Assembly (NCBI GenBank): GCA_963827475.1 | Contig: CAWHAZ010000007.1 | Coordinates: 32,001-96,000, forward strand | Reading direction: 5' to 3' | Source: an uncultured Chloroflexia bacterium | Lineage (GTDB): Bacteria > Chloroflexota > Limnocylindria > QHBO01 | DNA length: 64,000 nt | In this document: positions 9,727-20,578 of the stretch, piece by piece | Position numbering within the stretch: position 1 is the first letter of the stretch | Layout of the letters: each line of letters starts with the position of its first letter | Position numbers and translations under genes: made by a program | Notes under the pieces: model-generated | What the model was told of the DNA's origin: nothing | What the model saw: the letters and a program-made list of their open reading frames with translations, nothing else | Database searches by the model: none

Positions 9727-12700
9727 GTGACCGAGACGCCGGCAACCATCGTCTGCCCTTCCTGCGGGACGCAGAACCCCGCCGGGTCGCGGTTCTGCAA
9801 CTCCTGCGGCACCACGCTCGAGGCGCCCGCTTCGGCGGCGGCGGAAACGCGGAAGACGGTCACCGTCCTGTTCATCGACGCCACCTCGTCGACCGCGCTC
9901 GGGGAGCGGCTCGACCCCGAGTCCCTTCGGGCGGTGATGACCCGCTACTTCGACGTCATGCGCGAGGTCATCGAGTTCCATGGCGGATCGGTCGAGAAGT
10001 TCATCGGTGACGCGGTCATGGCCGTGTTCGGCGTGCCCACCGTCCACGAGGACGACGCGCTGCGCGCGTGCCGGGCCGCGATCGAGATCCACGAGCGGCT
10101 GGGGGAGCTGGACGCGGCGATTCGGTCGGAGCGTGGCGCCAGCGTGGAGTGGCGCATCGGGATCAACACCGGTGAGGTGGTGGCCGGGGATCCGACCGCC
10201 GGCCAGCGGATCGTGACCGGCGACGCCGTGAACGTCGCCGCTCGGCTGGAGGCCGCCGCCGCGCCAGGGGAGATCCTGCTCGGCGCCGAAACCCACGCCC
10301 TCGTCCGCGAGGACGTGACCGCAGACCCGGTGGAGGCGCTGGCCCTGAAGGGGAAAGCCGAGCCCGTTCCTGCCTGGCGCCTGACCGCGGTCAGCGGCGC
10401 GGTCGGTCGGCGCGTCCGACCGCTGGAGGCGCCGCTCGTCGGTCGGCGCCGGCCGTTGCGGCTCCTGGACGAGGCGTACCAGGAGGCGGTCGAGGAGCGG
10501 ATCTGCCACCTGTTCACCATCATCGGCGTGGCCGGGGTCGGAAAGTCGCGGCTGGTGGACGAGTTCGTCGGCATCCCTGGGCGATCAGGCGCAGGTCGAC
10601 GACCGGTCGCTGTCTTGCCTACGGGCACGGGATCACCTACTGGCCGATCGCCGAGGCGATCCGCCACGGGGCCGGCATCGGCGAGGACGACCCTGCCGAC
10701 CAGGCGCGGGCGCGCCTGCGAGAAGTGCTCGTCGCCGAGCCCGAGGCGGACCGGGTCCTCGCCGTCATCGAGCACCTGCTCGGCGTCACCGAGTCCGTGC
10801 CGGCACCGGAGGAGATCTTCTGGGCCATCCGCCGCACCTTCGAGGCCATGGCTCGGCAGAAGCCACTGATCCTGGTCTTCGACGACCTGCACTGGGGCGA
10901 GCCCACGTTCCTCGACCTGGTCGATCACATTGCGGACTGGACGCGGGACGCACCGATCCTGCTGGTCGCCATGGCGCGCCCGGATCTGCTCGAGAAGCGC
11001 CCGGCCTGGGGCGGCGGGAAGAAGTGGGTCACCACCATCCAGCTGGAGGCGCTGTCGGAGGAGGAGAGCGAGGAGCTGGTCGGCGGTCTGCTCGGCCGCG
11101 CGGAGCTCCCGACCGAGGTCCGCGCCCAGATCAGCCGCGCCTCTGAGGGGAATCCACTGTTCGTGGAGGAGCTGCTCGGCAAGCTCATCGACGACGGCTT
11201 TCTCGTCCGCGAGGACGACACGTGGGCCGACGCTCGGGGACCCGAGCCAGCTCGCCGTCCCACCGACGATCCAGGCGCTGCTCGCCGCGCGGCTGGACGG
11301 GCTGGGCGCCGAAGAGCGGACCGTGATCGAGCGGGCGGCCGTGGAGGGCAAGACCTTCCACCGCGGGGCGGTGACCGAGCTTGCTCCCGAGCCGATGCGA
11401 TCTCACGTCCCCGACCGGCTGGCGAGCCTGATGCGGATGGAGCTGGTGCGGCCTGACCAGGCGTCGTTCGCCGGGGACGAGGCGTACCGGTTCCGCCATC
11501 TGCTCATCCGCGACGCCGCCTACCAGGCGCTGGCAAAGCAGACTCGCTCGGAGCTGCACGAGCGATTCGCCGCCTGGCTGGAGCGAGTCGCCGTGGATCG
11601 GCTGGCGGAGTACGAGGAGATCGTCGCCTATCACCTCGAGCAGGCCTACCGATACCGAGCCGAGCTGGGTCCGCCCGATGCGCACGCGCAAGAGCTCGCA
11701 GCGCGGGCCGGAAGCCTCCTGGCCCAGGCAGCCCACCGCGCCGACAGCCGGAAGGACATCGCCGCCGTCCTCGAGCTGCTCGAGCGGGCGATGGACCTCC
11801 TGCCCCACGAGAGCGCCGAACGGCGGCTGCTGGTGGCGCAGCTCGCGTTTTCGTACCTCGACGGCGGGGACGCGCCGAAGGGTGAGCGACTGTTGATGGA
11901 CGTCCTGGAGGAGTCGCGAGCGGCCAGAGACGACCGGGCCGCGGCCTGGGCGGAGCTGGGCCTGAACGTCGTCCGCGTCATCAACCCAGTCGACCGAGAT
12001 CGAGGAGCAGATTCGCGATGCCGAGCGGCTCCGCGCCGAGTTCGAGCGCCTTGGCGACGAGTCCGGCGCCGCACAGGCGGAGATCGTCCTGGCCTTCGCC
12101 CTGTTCACCATCGGTCGAGCAGCGGAGGGTGCCGCGAGAGCCCGGGCGATTCGCGACCGCGAGGGGATCCGGCCGTCATTGCGGGCCGAGGCAGCCAGGA
12201 CCGCGGGCGCCTCATCGGTGTGGGGACCGCTGCCGGCGGCGGAGGCGATCTCGATGATCGGCGATCAGCGCGAAATGCTCGCGCGTCTCGGGTGCGCGCC
12301 TTGGGCTGGGCCGCGTGCTCGCGATGGAGGGTCGTTTCGCCGAGGCGTTCGACATGGTCGCTACTGCACAGCAGGAGCGTCGCCGACCGGGGTGACCGAT
12401 TCTTGATGGCCGAAGCGGCCTCGATCGAGGGCCAGATCGCACTCATGTCCGGCGATGTCGCACGGGCCGTCTCCCAGCTGCAGGCTGGCTACGACGGAAA
12501 GATTGCGCTGGGCGACCGCGCTTTCGCGTCCACCAGCGCATATTCGCTGGGCCAGGCGCTACCTTGCCGCCGGGAACCTGGACGAGGCGATGCGCTACGC
12601 AACCATCGCTCTCGAGACATCGGCCACCGATGACATCGCTTCTCAGGCCGGCGGCCGGATGGTCAAGGCCCAGGTCCTCTCCCGCCGGGGGGATCATTCC

Positions 12701-12925
12701 GAAGCCGAGCGGCTGGCCGGCGAAGCCGTGGGCATCATGGCCGCGACCGACTACCTGTGGATCCATGGCCAGACTCTTCAGGCGCAGGCTGAAGTGCTCC
12801 ACGCGGCAGGAAAGGTCGATGAGGCCCGCACCGCGGCTGACGCAGCGATCGCGGTATTCGAGCGCAAGGGCGCAACGTTCAGCGTCGAAGAGACCCGTCG
12901 GATGATCGCGAGCTGGGACCGATGA
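9727..12925 (+). CDS. Zn-ribbon + class III cyclase + STAND ATPase + TPR-like protein, copy 2 (frameshifts)
   Basis: CPSCG...FCNSCG, same cyclase and Walker motifs as copy 1, ends GATFSVEETRRMIASWDR. Confidence 0.9.
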
Positions 12926-15900
12926 CGGTCGTGCCGGGTCGAACGTGTGCCAGCTGCGGGACTGAGAACCCGGCGGAGGCCCGGTTCTGCTTCTCGTGCG
13001 GCTCTCCGCTCGAGGCGGCAGCCGCGTCCGACATCTGAGTCACGCAAGACGGTGACGGTCCTGTTCTGCGACCTCGTGGGTTCGACGGCGATGGGCGAGC
13101 AGCTGGATCCCGAGACCCTGCGGGGCCTGCTCAGCCGCTCGTTCGATCGTGTTCAGTCCATCGTCGAGGGGCACGGCGGCGTGGTCGAGAAGTTCATCGG
13201 CGACGCGGCCATGGCCGTCTTCGGCATCCCGCGCTTGCACGAGGATGACGCCCTGCGTGCGGTGCGCGCCGCGGCCGACATCCGCGCAGCCCTGGCGACA
13301 TGCTCCGGGCCGTCCATTGCGACGGCCGTGGCCTGGCGGACGGGGATCGCGACCGGCGAAGTGGTGGCCGGCGATGCGACCGGCGGCCAGCGGCTGGTCA
13401 CCGGTGACGCGGTGAACGTCGCCGCCCGGCTCCAGCAGTCGGCCCAGCCGGGCGAGATCTTGATTGCCGCCGAGACGCACCAGCTGGTCAGAGACGCGGT
13501 GCACGTGGAGCCGATGGGTGAGGTGGCGGTCAAGGGGCGGCAGGCACCGATCGAGACCTTCCGACTTCTGGATGTCGACCTATCCGCGGCGGGTCACGAA
13601 CGGCGGTTGGATTCACCGATGATCGGCCGCGAGCGCCCACGTCGGCAGCTGGACGAGGCCTTCGCCGAAGCCCGAGACGAACGGGTCTGCCACCTGTTCA
13701 CCATCCTGGGTGCGGCCGGGGTCGGGAAGTCGCGACTGGTCAACGAGTTCATCACCTCGATCGGTGACGAGGCATTGGTCGTCAGCGGACGATGCCTGTC
13801 CTACGGCGAGGGCATCACCTACTGGCCGATCGCGGAGATCGTGCGGCAGGCGACCGGCATCGGCCCGGGACTCGGGGACCAGGCCGCCGACGTGACCCGC
13901 GTGTCGGATCGGTTGCCGGAAACCGCCGATCGCGAACGGATCACCGAGCTGGTGAGCCAGGCCATCGGTCTGACCCGCGGCGAACCAGCGCCGGACGAGA
14001 CGCCGTGGGCGATCCGGTCATTCTTCGAGTCCCTTGCTGCCGAACGGCCGCTCGTCCTTGTCCTCGATGATTTGCAGTGGGCGCAGCCGCCACTCCTGGA
14101 CCTGGTCGAGCACATCGCCGATTGGTCGCACGACGCACCCATCCTCCTCATCGTGCTCGCTCGCCAGGAACTGCTCGAACTTCGCCCGGCGTGGGGAGGC
14201 GGCAAGCGGTCGGCCACGATCATCTCCCTCGAGCCGCTGAATGCCGACGAGACGGCGCAGCTGATCGACAACCTGCTGGGCCAGGCAGAGCTGCCCGAGA
14301 CGATCTTCGACCGGATCCGCACGGCGGCCGAGGGAAACCCGCTTTTCGTCGAGGAGCTCCTCGAGATGCTCATCGACGACGGTGCCCTAGCACGGACGAA
14401 TGGCAGCTGGACCGCAAGCCGTGACCTCGCCAGCCTTGCTGTTCCGCCGACGATCCAGGCGCTGCTGTCGGCCCGCCTCGACGGCCTGGCTGGCACCGAG
14501 CGCGCCATTCTCGAGCGAGGGTCGGTCGAGGGAACCGTCTTTCATCGCGACGCGGTCGCGGCACTGGCGCCCGACGGCCTGCGCGAGTCGCTCGGCCCAA
14601 GCCTCCAGACCCTGACCCGGCGGGAGTTCGTGGCCCCCGACCGGGCCGAGCTGACTGGGCGCGAAGCGTTCCGCTTCCGGCATCAGCTCATTCGGGATGC
14701 CGCCTACCAGGCCATCGCCAAGCAGAGCCGAGCCGAGCTCCATGAGCGTTTCGCGGACTGGCTCGAACCGGCGCTCGCGGGACGAATTGACGAGTACCGC
14801 CCGATCCTCGGCTACCACCTCGAACAGGCCGTGCGCTATCGAAGGGAGCTGTCCGGGGATGATCCTCGCTTGCCCGAGCTCGCCGGTCGGGCGGCGATGC
14901 ACCTCGGCGAGGCTGGAGCCGCCGCGCTGGACCGCGGAGATGCCACGGCCGCGTCGAATCTGCTGCAGCGAGCGGTTGAGGTGCTCGATACCAATGTCGC
15001 CTCGGCGCTGCCGTGGCGCCTCATGGCGGGTGAGGCGATGGTCACCGGGGCCAGCTCAGAGGAAGCCGACGCATTTCTCGAGAAGACACGGGCGGTGGCG
15101 GAGAAGGTCGGCGACCGGCGCTCCGCGGCCTTCTCCGAGGCGCTACGGCTCCACACTCGGGTTTCGATGGGTAAGGAGCCAGTCCAGGCGCTCGTCGCGG
15201 ACGCCGAACGACTGCGCCATGAGCTCCGCGCTGTCGGCGACCAGCCTGGTGCCGAGCGCGCCACCGCGGAGCTGGCCAAGCTCCGATTCTTCGCCGGGCA
15301 GGCCGCGAGCGGGCTCGAGCTGGCGCAGGAGTTGCTCCCCACGATTTCGTCACAAAGCAGGATGCGCGACGAGCTCTTGGGATGGCTTGCGGCCTTCGCG
15401 TACTGGGGTCCCATGCCGGTCCCGGAGGCCCTGGAACTCGTCGACGAGCTGGGCCCCCAGATTCGAGCGTCGCAATGGGCCGCGAATCGCATTTCGCGAG
15501 TCCGCGGCGCGCTCCTGGCCGAACAGGGACGGTTCGACGAGGCCCGTTCACAGCTGGAGTCAGCGAAGCACATCGCCGAAGAGCTCGGCGCTGGATACGT
15601 CATCTCGGCACTCCAGGGTCACTTCATGGGTCCGGTCGAGCTTCTTGCGGGCAACGCGGCGCGTGCCGTGGAGCTCGAGCTCGTCGCCTATGAATGGATG
15701 ACCAAGCATGGTTTCCTCGGGTTCGCCAACACGGTGGCCGCGCACCTCGCGCAAGCGACGCTCGCCCTGGACCGCGACGAGGAGGCCGAGCGATTGGGCG
15801 ACCGCCGCTCGAGAGCTTGCGACCGGGGACGACCCTGCCGCGATCGGACCTGCGCTGGGAGTTGCCGCCCGCGTGCGCGCGCGGCGAGGGGAGTTCGAGG

Positions 15901-16133
15901 AGGCCGAGCGCCTGGGAAGGGAGGCCGTGGCCTCGTTCGATGGGACCGACTTCCTCGACTGGATCGCTGACGCGCACGCGGACCTTGGCGATGTGCTCCA
16001 CCTCGCCGGCCGGGACGCCGAGGCGTCCGATGAAGCCCGTCGCGCCCTCGAGCTGTACGAGCAAAAGGGACACCTTGTGGGCGCCGACCGGATGCGCAAG
16101 CGCCTCGTCGAGCTCGGGGCAGCCTCCGCCTAG
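12922..16133 (+). CDS. Zn-ribbon + class III cyclase + STAND ATPase + TPR-like protein, copy 3 (frameshifts near 13030 and 15800)
   Basis: CASCG...FCFSCG, VLFCDLVGST, EKFIGDAAMAVFG, GDAVNVAARLQ, GAAGVGKS, LVLDDLQW. ATGA overlap with copy 2. Confidence 0.9.
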
Positions 16134-17153
16134 GGGACGAGGACCAGCCTGCCCGCGAACCTTGCCGGCCGCCAGTCGGTCGTGGGCGGCCGCGGCCTCG
16201 GAGAGCGGCATGCGCTCCACCGACCAGTGCAAGGAGTGGCGCCGGGCAAGCTGGACGACGTCGCGCAGGTCGTCGTGCGAGCCCCAGGACGTCGTCGTCA
16301 GCGACGCCTCCGGCGGCAGCGCCTCGAACGAGAAACCGAGCTCACCGCCGGCCTCGCCGACGAGGGACACCAGGCCGCCGGGCGCCACGAAGCGGGCCGC
16401 CAGGGCCAACGTCTCGTCGGAACCGACGAAGTCGAACACCACGTCCGCATGCCCGCCCAGGCCGGTGAAGATCAGCTCCTCCTCGCCCGACAGGAACGCC
16501 ACGTCGGCGCCCAACTCCCCAGCCCGCTGGACCTTGTCCGGGTCGATCTCCCGCACGCCCACGAACACCTCCGGCAGCCGGCGCAGGTACTGGAGCGCGA
16601 ACTGACCGACGCCGCCAAGGCCGATGAGCAAGGCTCGTGAGCCCTCGGCCAGCCACGGCGCGGCGCGGCGGACGGCACGGAACGAGGTCACCCCCGCGTC
16701 CGCCAGCGGAGCGGCCTCGACCGGGTCGAGCTTGCCCAGCGAGACGAGGTGGCGGGGATGGGGCACGAGCAGGTACTCGGCGTATCCGCCGTCGACCTGG
16801 AACCCCGGCGCGCGACTGTTCTCGCAGCGTTGCTCCTCGCCGCGCCGGCACTCGGCGCATTCCCCGCACCCCCAGCCGCCGGCGACGACCACCGGCTCGT
16901 CCTCCTTCAGGCGCGCCTTGCGCAGGGAAGCGCCCGCATCGGCGCCCATACCCGCGATCCAGCCGGCGACCTCGTGGCCGAGGGTGACCGGTCGCTCGAC
17001 CCGGATCCGATCGGTCCGCGCGATATGGAGATCGGTATGGCACACCCCCGCCCCGGCGACCCGGACGAGGACCTCGGTCCCGCGAGGAGCGGGCACCGGG
17101 ACATCCTCCAGCCGCAGTGGCTCGCCGGCGGCATACGTCCGGACGGCCAGCAT
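16130..17153 (-). CDS. Zinc-dependent NAD(P) alcohol dehydrogenase (MDR family; small 3' frameshift)
   Basis: GVCHTD, GHE, CGECAECRRGEEQRC, APLADAG (Asp third ligand), GLGGVG, terminal GRLVLVP. Confidence 0.9.
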
Positions 17154-17157
17154 CGGT

Positions 17158-17664
17158 CTAGGCCGGCAGGGGCTCTCGGAAGATCTCGAGGACGATGGCC
17201 GCCGCCAGTCGCGGGTCGGGGTCGTGGTAGATCCCGCGCACGAGGCCGGCCTCGTCGACGGCGACCATGACCGGGGAGGCGACGTTCGTGTTGCCGCGCC
17301 GTTCCACGAGTGGGATGCCCAGTGCCTGCGACGCGATCTGGCGCTCGTCGCTGAGCAGGAGGAACGGCAGCTCCAGCCCCTTCACGAAGTCAGCCTGCTG
17401 GCGCTCGTTGTCGGTCGTGACCCCGGTGATGGCAACCCCCGCCGCGTCCAGTCGCGGCACATCGAGGGCGACAGCGCGGGCCGCGGCCTCGGCTGCGGTG
17501 CGCGCGGCGCCGGTCAGGGTCGGCCCGGCGAAGAACAGGTGGGCGACCGGCGACTTGCCAACCCACGAGCGGAGGTTCAGCAGGTAGCCATCGGTGGCGC
17601 GCAGACCGATGGACGGAATCGGGTCTCCGATCCCGATCTTCAGGCTGGCGGTGGCGCGACTCAC
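17158..17664 (-). CDS. AhpC/TSA (BCP-like) thioredoxin-fold protein lacking cysteine
   Basis: IGDPIPSIGL, GVTTD, LELPFLLLSDE, VDEAGLVR match the redoxin fold. No Cys in 168 aa. TACAAT -10 6 nt upstream. Confidence 0.75.
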   Translation of the reverse strand: MSRATASLKIGIGDPIPSIGLRATDGYLLNLRSWVGKSPVAHLFFAGPTLTGAARTAAEAAARAVALDVPRLDAAGVAITGVTTDNERQQADFVKGLELPFLLLSDERQIASQALGIPLVERRGNTNVASPVMVAVDEAGLVRGIYHDPDPRLAAAIVLEIFREPLPA

Positions 17665-17736
17665 CGCCGGATTGTATCCGGGTAGCGCGCGGATCCCGAG
17701 CCGCGCGCCCCTCCCGGACGTGCCATGCGTGATGGC

Positions 17737-17934
17737 CTAGGTGCGAACGTCCTCCCAGCCGGCAGGCGGCACCCGGGTCAGGGAGCCGACCAGGCGGCGG
17801 AGGGAGACGACCATCGGCCGCGCTTCGCGATGGGGGACCGGCTCGGCGGTGCGGACCGGCTTCCACGAGGTGGCGAGCTCGCGGCGTCGCTCCGCTTCGA
17901 GCTCGAATGAGGTGACGGGCATTGTTCCGAACAT
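17737..17934 (-). CDS. Small hypothetical protein (65 aa)
   Basis: MFGTMPVTSFELEAERRRELA..., AGGAG RBS, strong upstream promoter. Confidence 0.6.
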   Translation of the reverse strand: MFGTMPVTSFELEAERRRELATSWKPVRTAEPVPHREARPMVVSLRRLVGSLTRVPPAGWEDVRT

Positions 17935-17960
17935 TTCCGCTGGCTCCTGGATCGAAAAGA

Positions 17961-18065
17961 ACTTCGAGATCGAACTAACTGGGGCCAGCATACGAGGTAG
18001 ATAGTTCGATGTCAAGCAATACGATGACAAAAGGCTTGACATGGAACTAACATGACACCAATACT
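17961..18065. promoter_or_regulatory. Divergent promoters with three MarR-type operator repeats
   Basis: Minus strand TTGACA(18015-18010)-17bp-TATGCT(17992-17987). Plus strand TTGACA(18036-18041)-18bp-AATACT(18060-18065). Imperfect palindromes TTCGAGATCGAA (17963), TTCGATGTCAAG (18005), CTTGACATGGAA (18035). Confidence 0.75.
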
Positions 18066-18071
18066 GTCGCC

Positions 18072-18689
18072 GTGACGACACCAGCAGAGGAACGCGACCG
18101 GCTCGACGACATGCTGCTCGTCTGGGCGCGGGAGATTCCCGACCTCGACCCGCTGACCGAGGGCATCGTCGAGCGGATCCAGTTCCTGGCCAAGAAGTTC
18201 AACCAGTCCATGGACCAGACCCTCGAGGAGTACGGCCTCGAGCCGCGCTTCTACCACCTGCTCGGCAAGCTCCGCAGCTTCGGCCCGCCGTACCAGCGCA
18301 CCCCGGGCCAGCTTGCCGAGGACATGCACCTGTCCGGCGGCGCCATGACCAACCGCCTCGACCGCGCCGAGGAGGCCGGCCTCATCCGGCGCCTCCCCGA
18401 TCCGAGCGACCGCCGGGGGACGCTCATCGAGCCCACCGAGGCCGGCCACGCGGCGTGGGACAAGACGGTGGGCACCCAGGCCCAGACCGAGTCCCTGTTC
18501 GCGGGCACCCTGACCGAATCCGAGCGCGAGGAGCTCCACCGCCTGCTTCGGCGACTGATGCGCGCCTTCCCGGCGAAGGATGGGTGGGCCACGCCGTCGA
18601 CGGCAGATGGCTCGGCCGAGGCCGGGGACCTAGCCGGGGCCGAGGATGAGGCTCCGGCCCGAGCGATGGAGAAGGCCGTCTCGCGCTAA
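18072..18689 (+). CDS. MarR family regulator (UrtR/TamR/PecS-like)
   Basis: WAREIPDLD N-terminal helix, TPGQLAEDMHLSGGAMTNRLDRAEEAGLIRR, DRRG. Confidence 0.9.
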   Translation: MTTPAEERDRLDDMLLVWAREIPDLDPLTEGIVERIQFLAKKFNQSMDQTLEEYGLEPRFYHLLGKLRSFGPPYQRTPGQLAEDMHLSGGAMTNRLDRAEEAGLIRRLPDPSDRRGTLIEPTEAGHAAWDKTVGTQAQTESLFAGTLTESEREELHRLLRRLMRAFPAKDGWATPSTADGSAEAGDLAGAEDEAPARAMEKAVSR

Positions 18690-19514
18690 CCGCTCGATAA
18701 GGGCGTCGTAATCCGATTCCGCCAGGGTGGCGGCGACCGTCCGACGTGCCCTGGTGTGCGAAAGCCGATGGCCGGGCGCCTCGGCCAGCGCCCTGAGCAG
18801 CGCGCCGCGCGCGGCGCGGGTGGCGGCGGTCGAGTCGGACTGGCGCGGGACCGGGACGCGGCGCGGGTCGCGTCGTGACGGGCAGCCGCGGGACACCGGG
18901 CAGGCGGTGCAGCGGGGCGCACGGGCCGAGCAGACCCGCGCTCCGAACTCCATCGTGGCGTGCGTCCACGTTCCCGCCTGTTCGGGGTCGGGTCGGCCCG
19001 CGATCGCCAGCCGATCGGCGAGCGCCTGCAGTGCCCGCCCATCGTGCGGATCGACGGCGAAACGACGCACGAGCCAGCGCCGCACGTTGGTATCGACCGC
19101 TCCCACCGGCTGGCCGAGAGCGATCGCGGCGATCGCCCGCGCCGAGTAGGGGCCGATCCCCGGCAGGCGCTGGAGCTCATCCACCGTCTGCGGCCAGCCG
19201 GCGGTGGTGATCTGCGTCGCGGCGGCGTGGAGGTTGAGGGCTCGCCGGTTGTAGCCCATCCCGCTCCACGCGACGAGCACATCGGCCGGCGTCGCGGCGG
19301 CCATGGCCGCCGGCGACGGGAATCGGCTCATGAACGCGTCGAATCGCTCGGCGATCCGCCCGGCCTGGGTCTGCTGGAGCATGACCTCGGCCACCAGGAC
19401 CGGCCACGGCTCGCGGCTGCGACGGAAGGGCAGATCCCGGTGATCGGCCTCGTACCAGGCCAGGATCCGGCGTCGGACCGAGCTCACCGCGGCCGTGGTG
19501 ACGGGCGAAGGCAC
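18630..19514 (-). CDS. mutY: A/G-specific adenine glycosylase (short form)
   Basis: RDLPFR, AEVMLQQTQ, WSGMGYNRRA, HhH LPGIGPYSA, VDTNVRR, Fe-S CSARAPRCTACPVSRGC. TACCCT -10 6 nt upstream of GTG. Confidence 0.9.
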   Translation of the reverse strand: MPSPVTTAAVSSVRRRILAWYEADHRDLPFRRSREPWPVLVAEVMLQQTQAGRIAERFDAFMSRFPSPAAMAAATPADVLVAWSGMGYNRRALNLHAAATQITTAGWPQTVDELQRLPGIGPYSARAIAAIALGQPVGAVDTNVRRWLVRRFAVDPHDGRALQALADRLAIAGRPDPEQAGTWTHATMEFGARVCSARAPRCTACPVSRGCPSRRDPRRVPVPRQSDSTAATRAARGALLRALAEAPGHRLSHTRARRTVAATLAESDYDALIERLARDGLLHRSGRSLILGPG

Positions 19515-19563
19515 CCGGCGAGGGTACTGCCTGCCCATCGGTCGGTCGTCTAGAGTCCGCGCC

Positions 19564-20578
19564 ATGCGCAGCGCGCGGCCGATCGTGGTCGACAAGTTCG
19601 GCGGGTCGGTCCTGACCCGGCCGGAGGACATCGCGGCTGCGGTGGAAGTCGTCGTCGGGCAGCGGGCCGACGGCCTGCGCCCGGTGGTCGTCGTCTCCGC
19701 ATTCGAGGGCGTCACCGACGCCATCCTGTCGTCGGCGGCCGTGCTCCTTCCCGACGGCGGCGCGTCGCTGCGTGGAGACGGGGCCCATGCTCCGGACTCG
19801 TCGCTGGCGCGCGAGACGGACCGCGCGCTGGCCACCGGGGAGGCCCTCTCGGCCGCGCTGTTCGCGCTGGGGCTCGAGGCCCATGGTCTGCCCGCTCGTT
19901 CGTTCAGCGGGGCGGAAGCGGGGATTCGGACCGCGGCCGCTCACCTCGGGGCGGCGGTGCGGCGGGTCTACTCCCGTCCTTTGCGCCTGGCCGTCGCCGA
20001 CGGCCTGGTCCCGGTCGTCGCCGGATTCCAGGGCATCGGGGCCCATGGCGAGCTGACCACGCTCGGTCGCGGCGGCACGGACCTTTCGGCGGTGGCCCTC
20101 GCCGTTGCCCTCCGCGCGGACCGGTGCGAGCTGTTCAAGGACGTGGGCGGCGTGTGGGAGGCGGATCCGCACCTCGTCCCGTCGGCGCGGCTGCTGCCCT
20201 CGGTCGGCGCGCTCCAGCTCGAGCTGCTCGGGGAGCTGGGGGCCGAGGTGGTCCACCCGGTCGCGGTGCGGCGGGCGCGCCGCGGCCGGCTCCGGATGAT
20301 CGTGCGCTCAGCTGGACGGCGGCGCGCCCGCCACCGAGGTCGTGCCACGCCCCGCACGGGACGCGCCGGAGGCGCTGATCCTGGCTGTCGACCGCAAGGA
20401 ACGCATTGCTCGGATCAGCCTCGTCGGGCCGGCGGATCGGATGCCGGAGCTGCTGCCCCTGCCCGCCCACGGGGAGGGCTCGTTCGACGAGGGCGGCCTG
20501 CGGGTGGTGTGGGCCGAGGTGCCGGTCGGGTTCGCGGCGCAGGCCGCGCGGGCGGTGCACGCCGCCCTGATGGCCTAG
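19564..20578 (+). CDS. Aspartate kinase (frameshifts near 20310-20340)
   Basis: KFGGSVL, VVVVSA, PVVAGFQG, TTLGRGGTDLSAVALA, KDVGGVWEADP, VVHP. C-terminus AARAVHAALMA. Confidence 0.85.

Noticed and set aside
6493-12925. Misassembly duplication of the cyclase gene
   Set aside because: The copies differ at many synonymous sites and have distinct TPR regions, so they are true paralogs.
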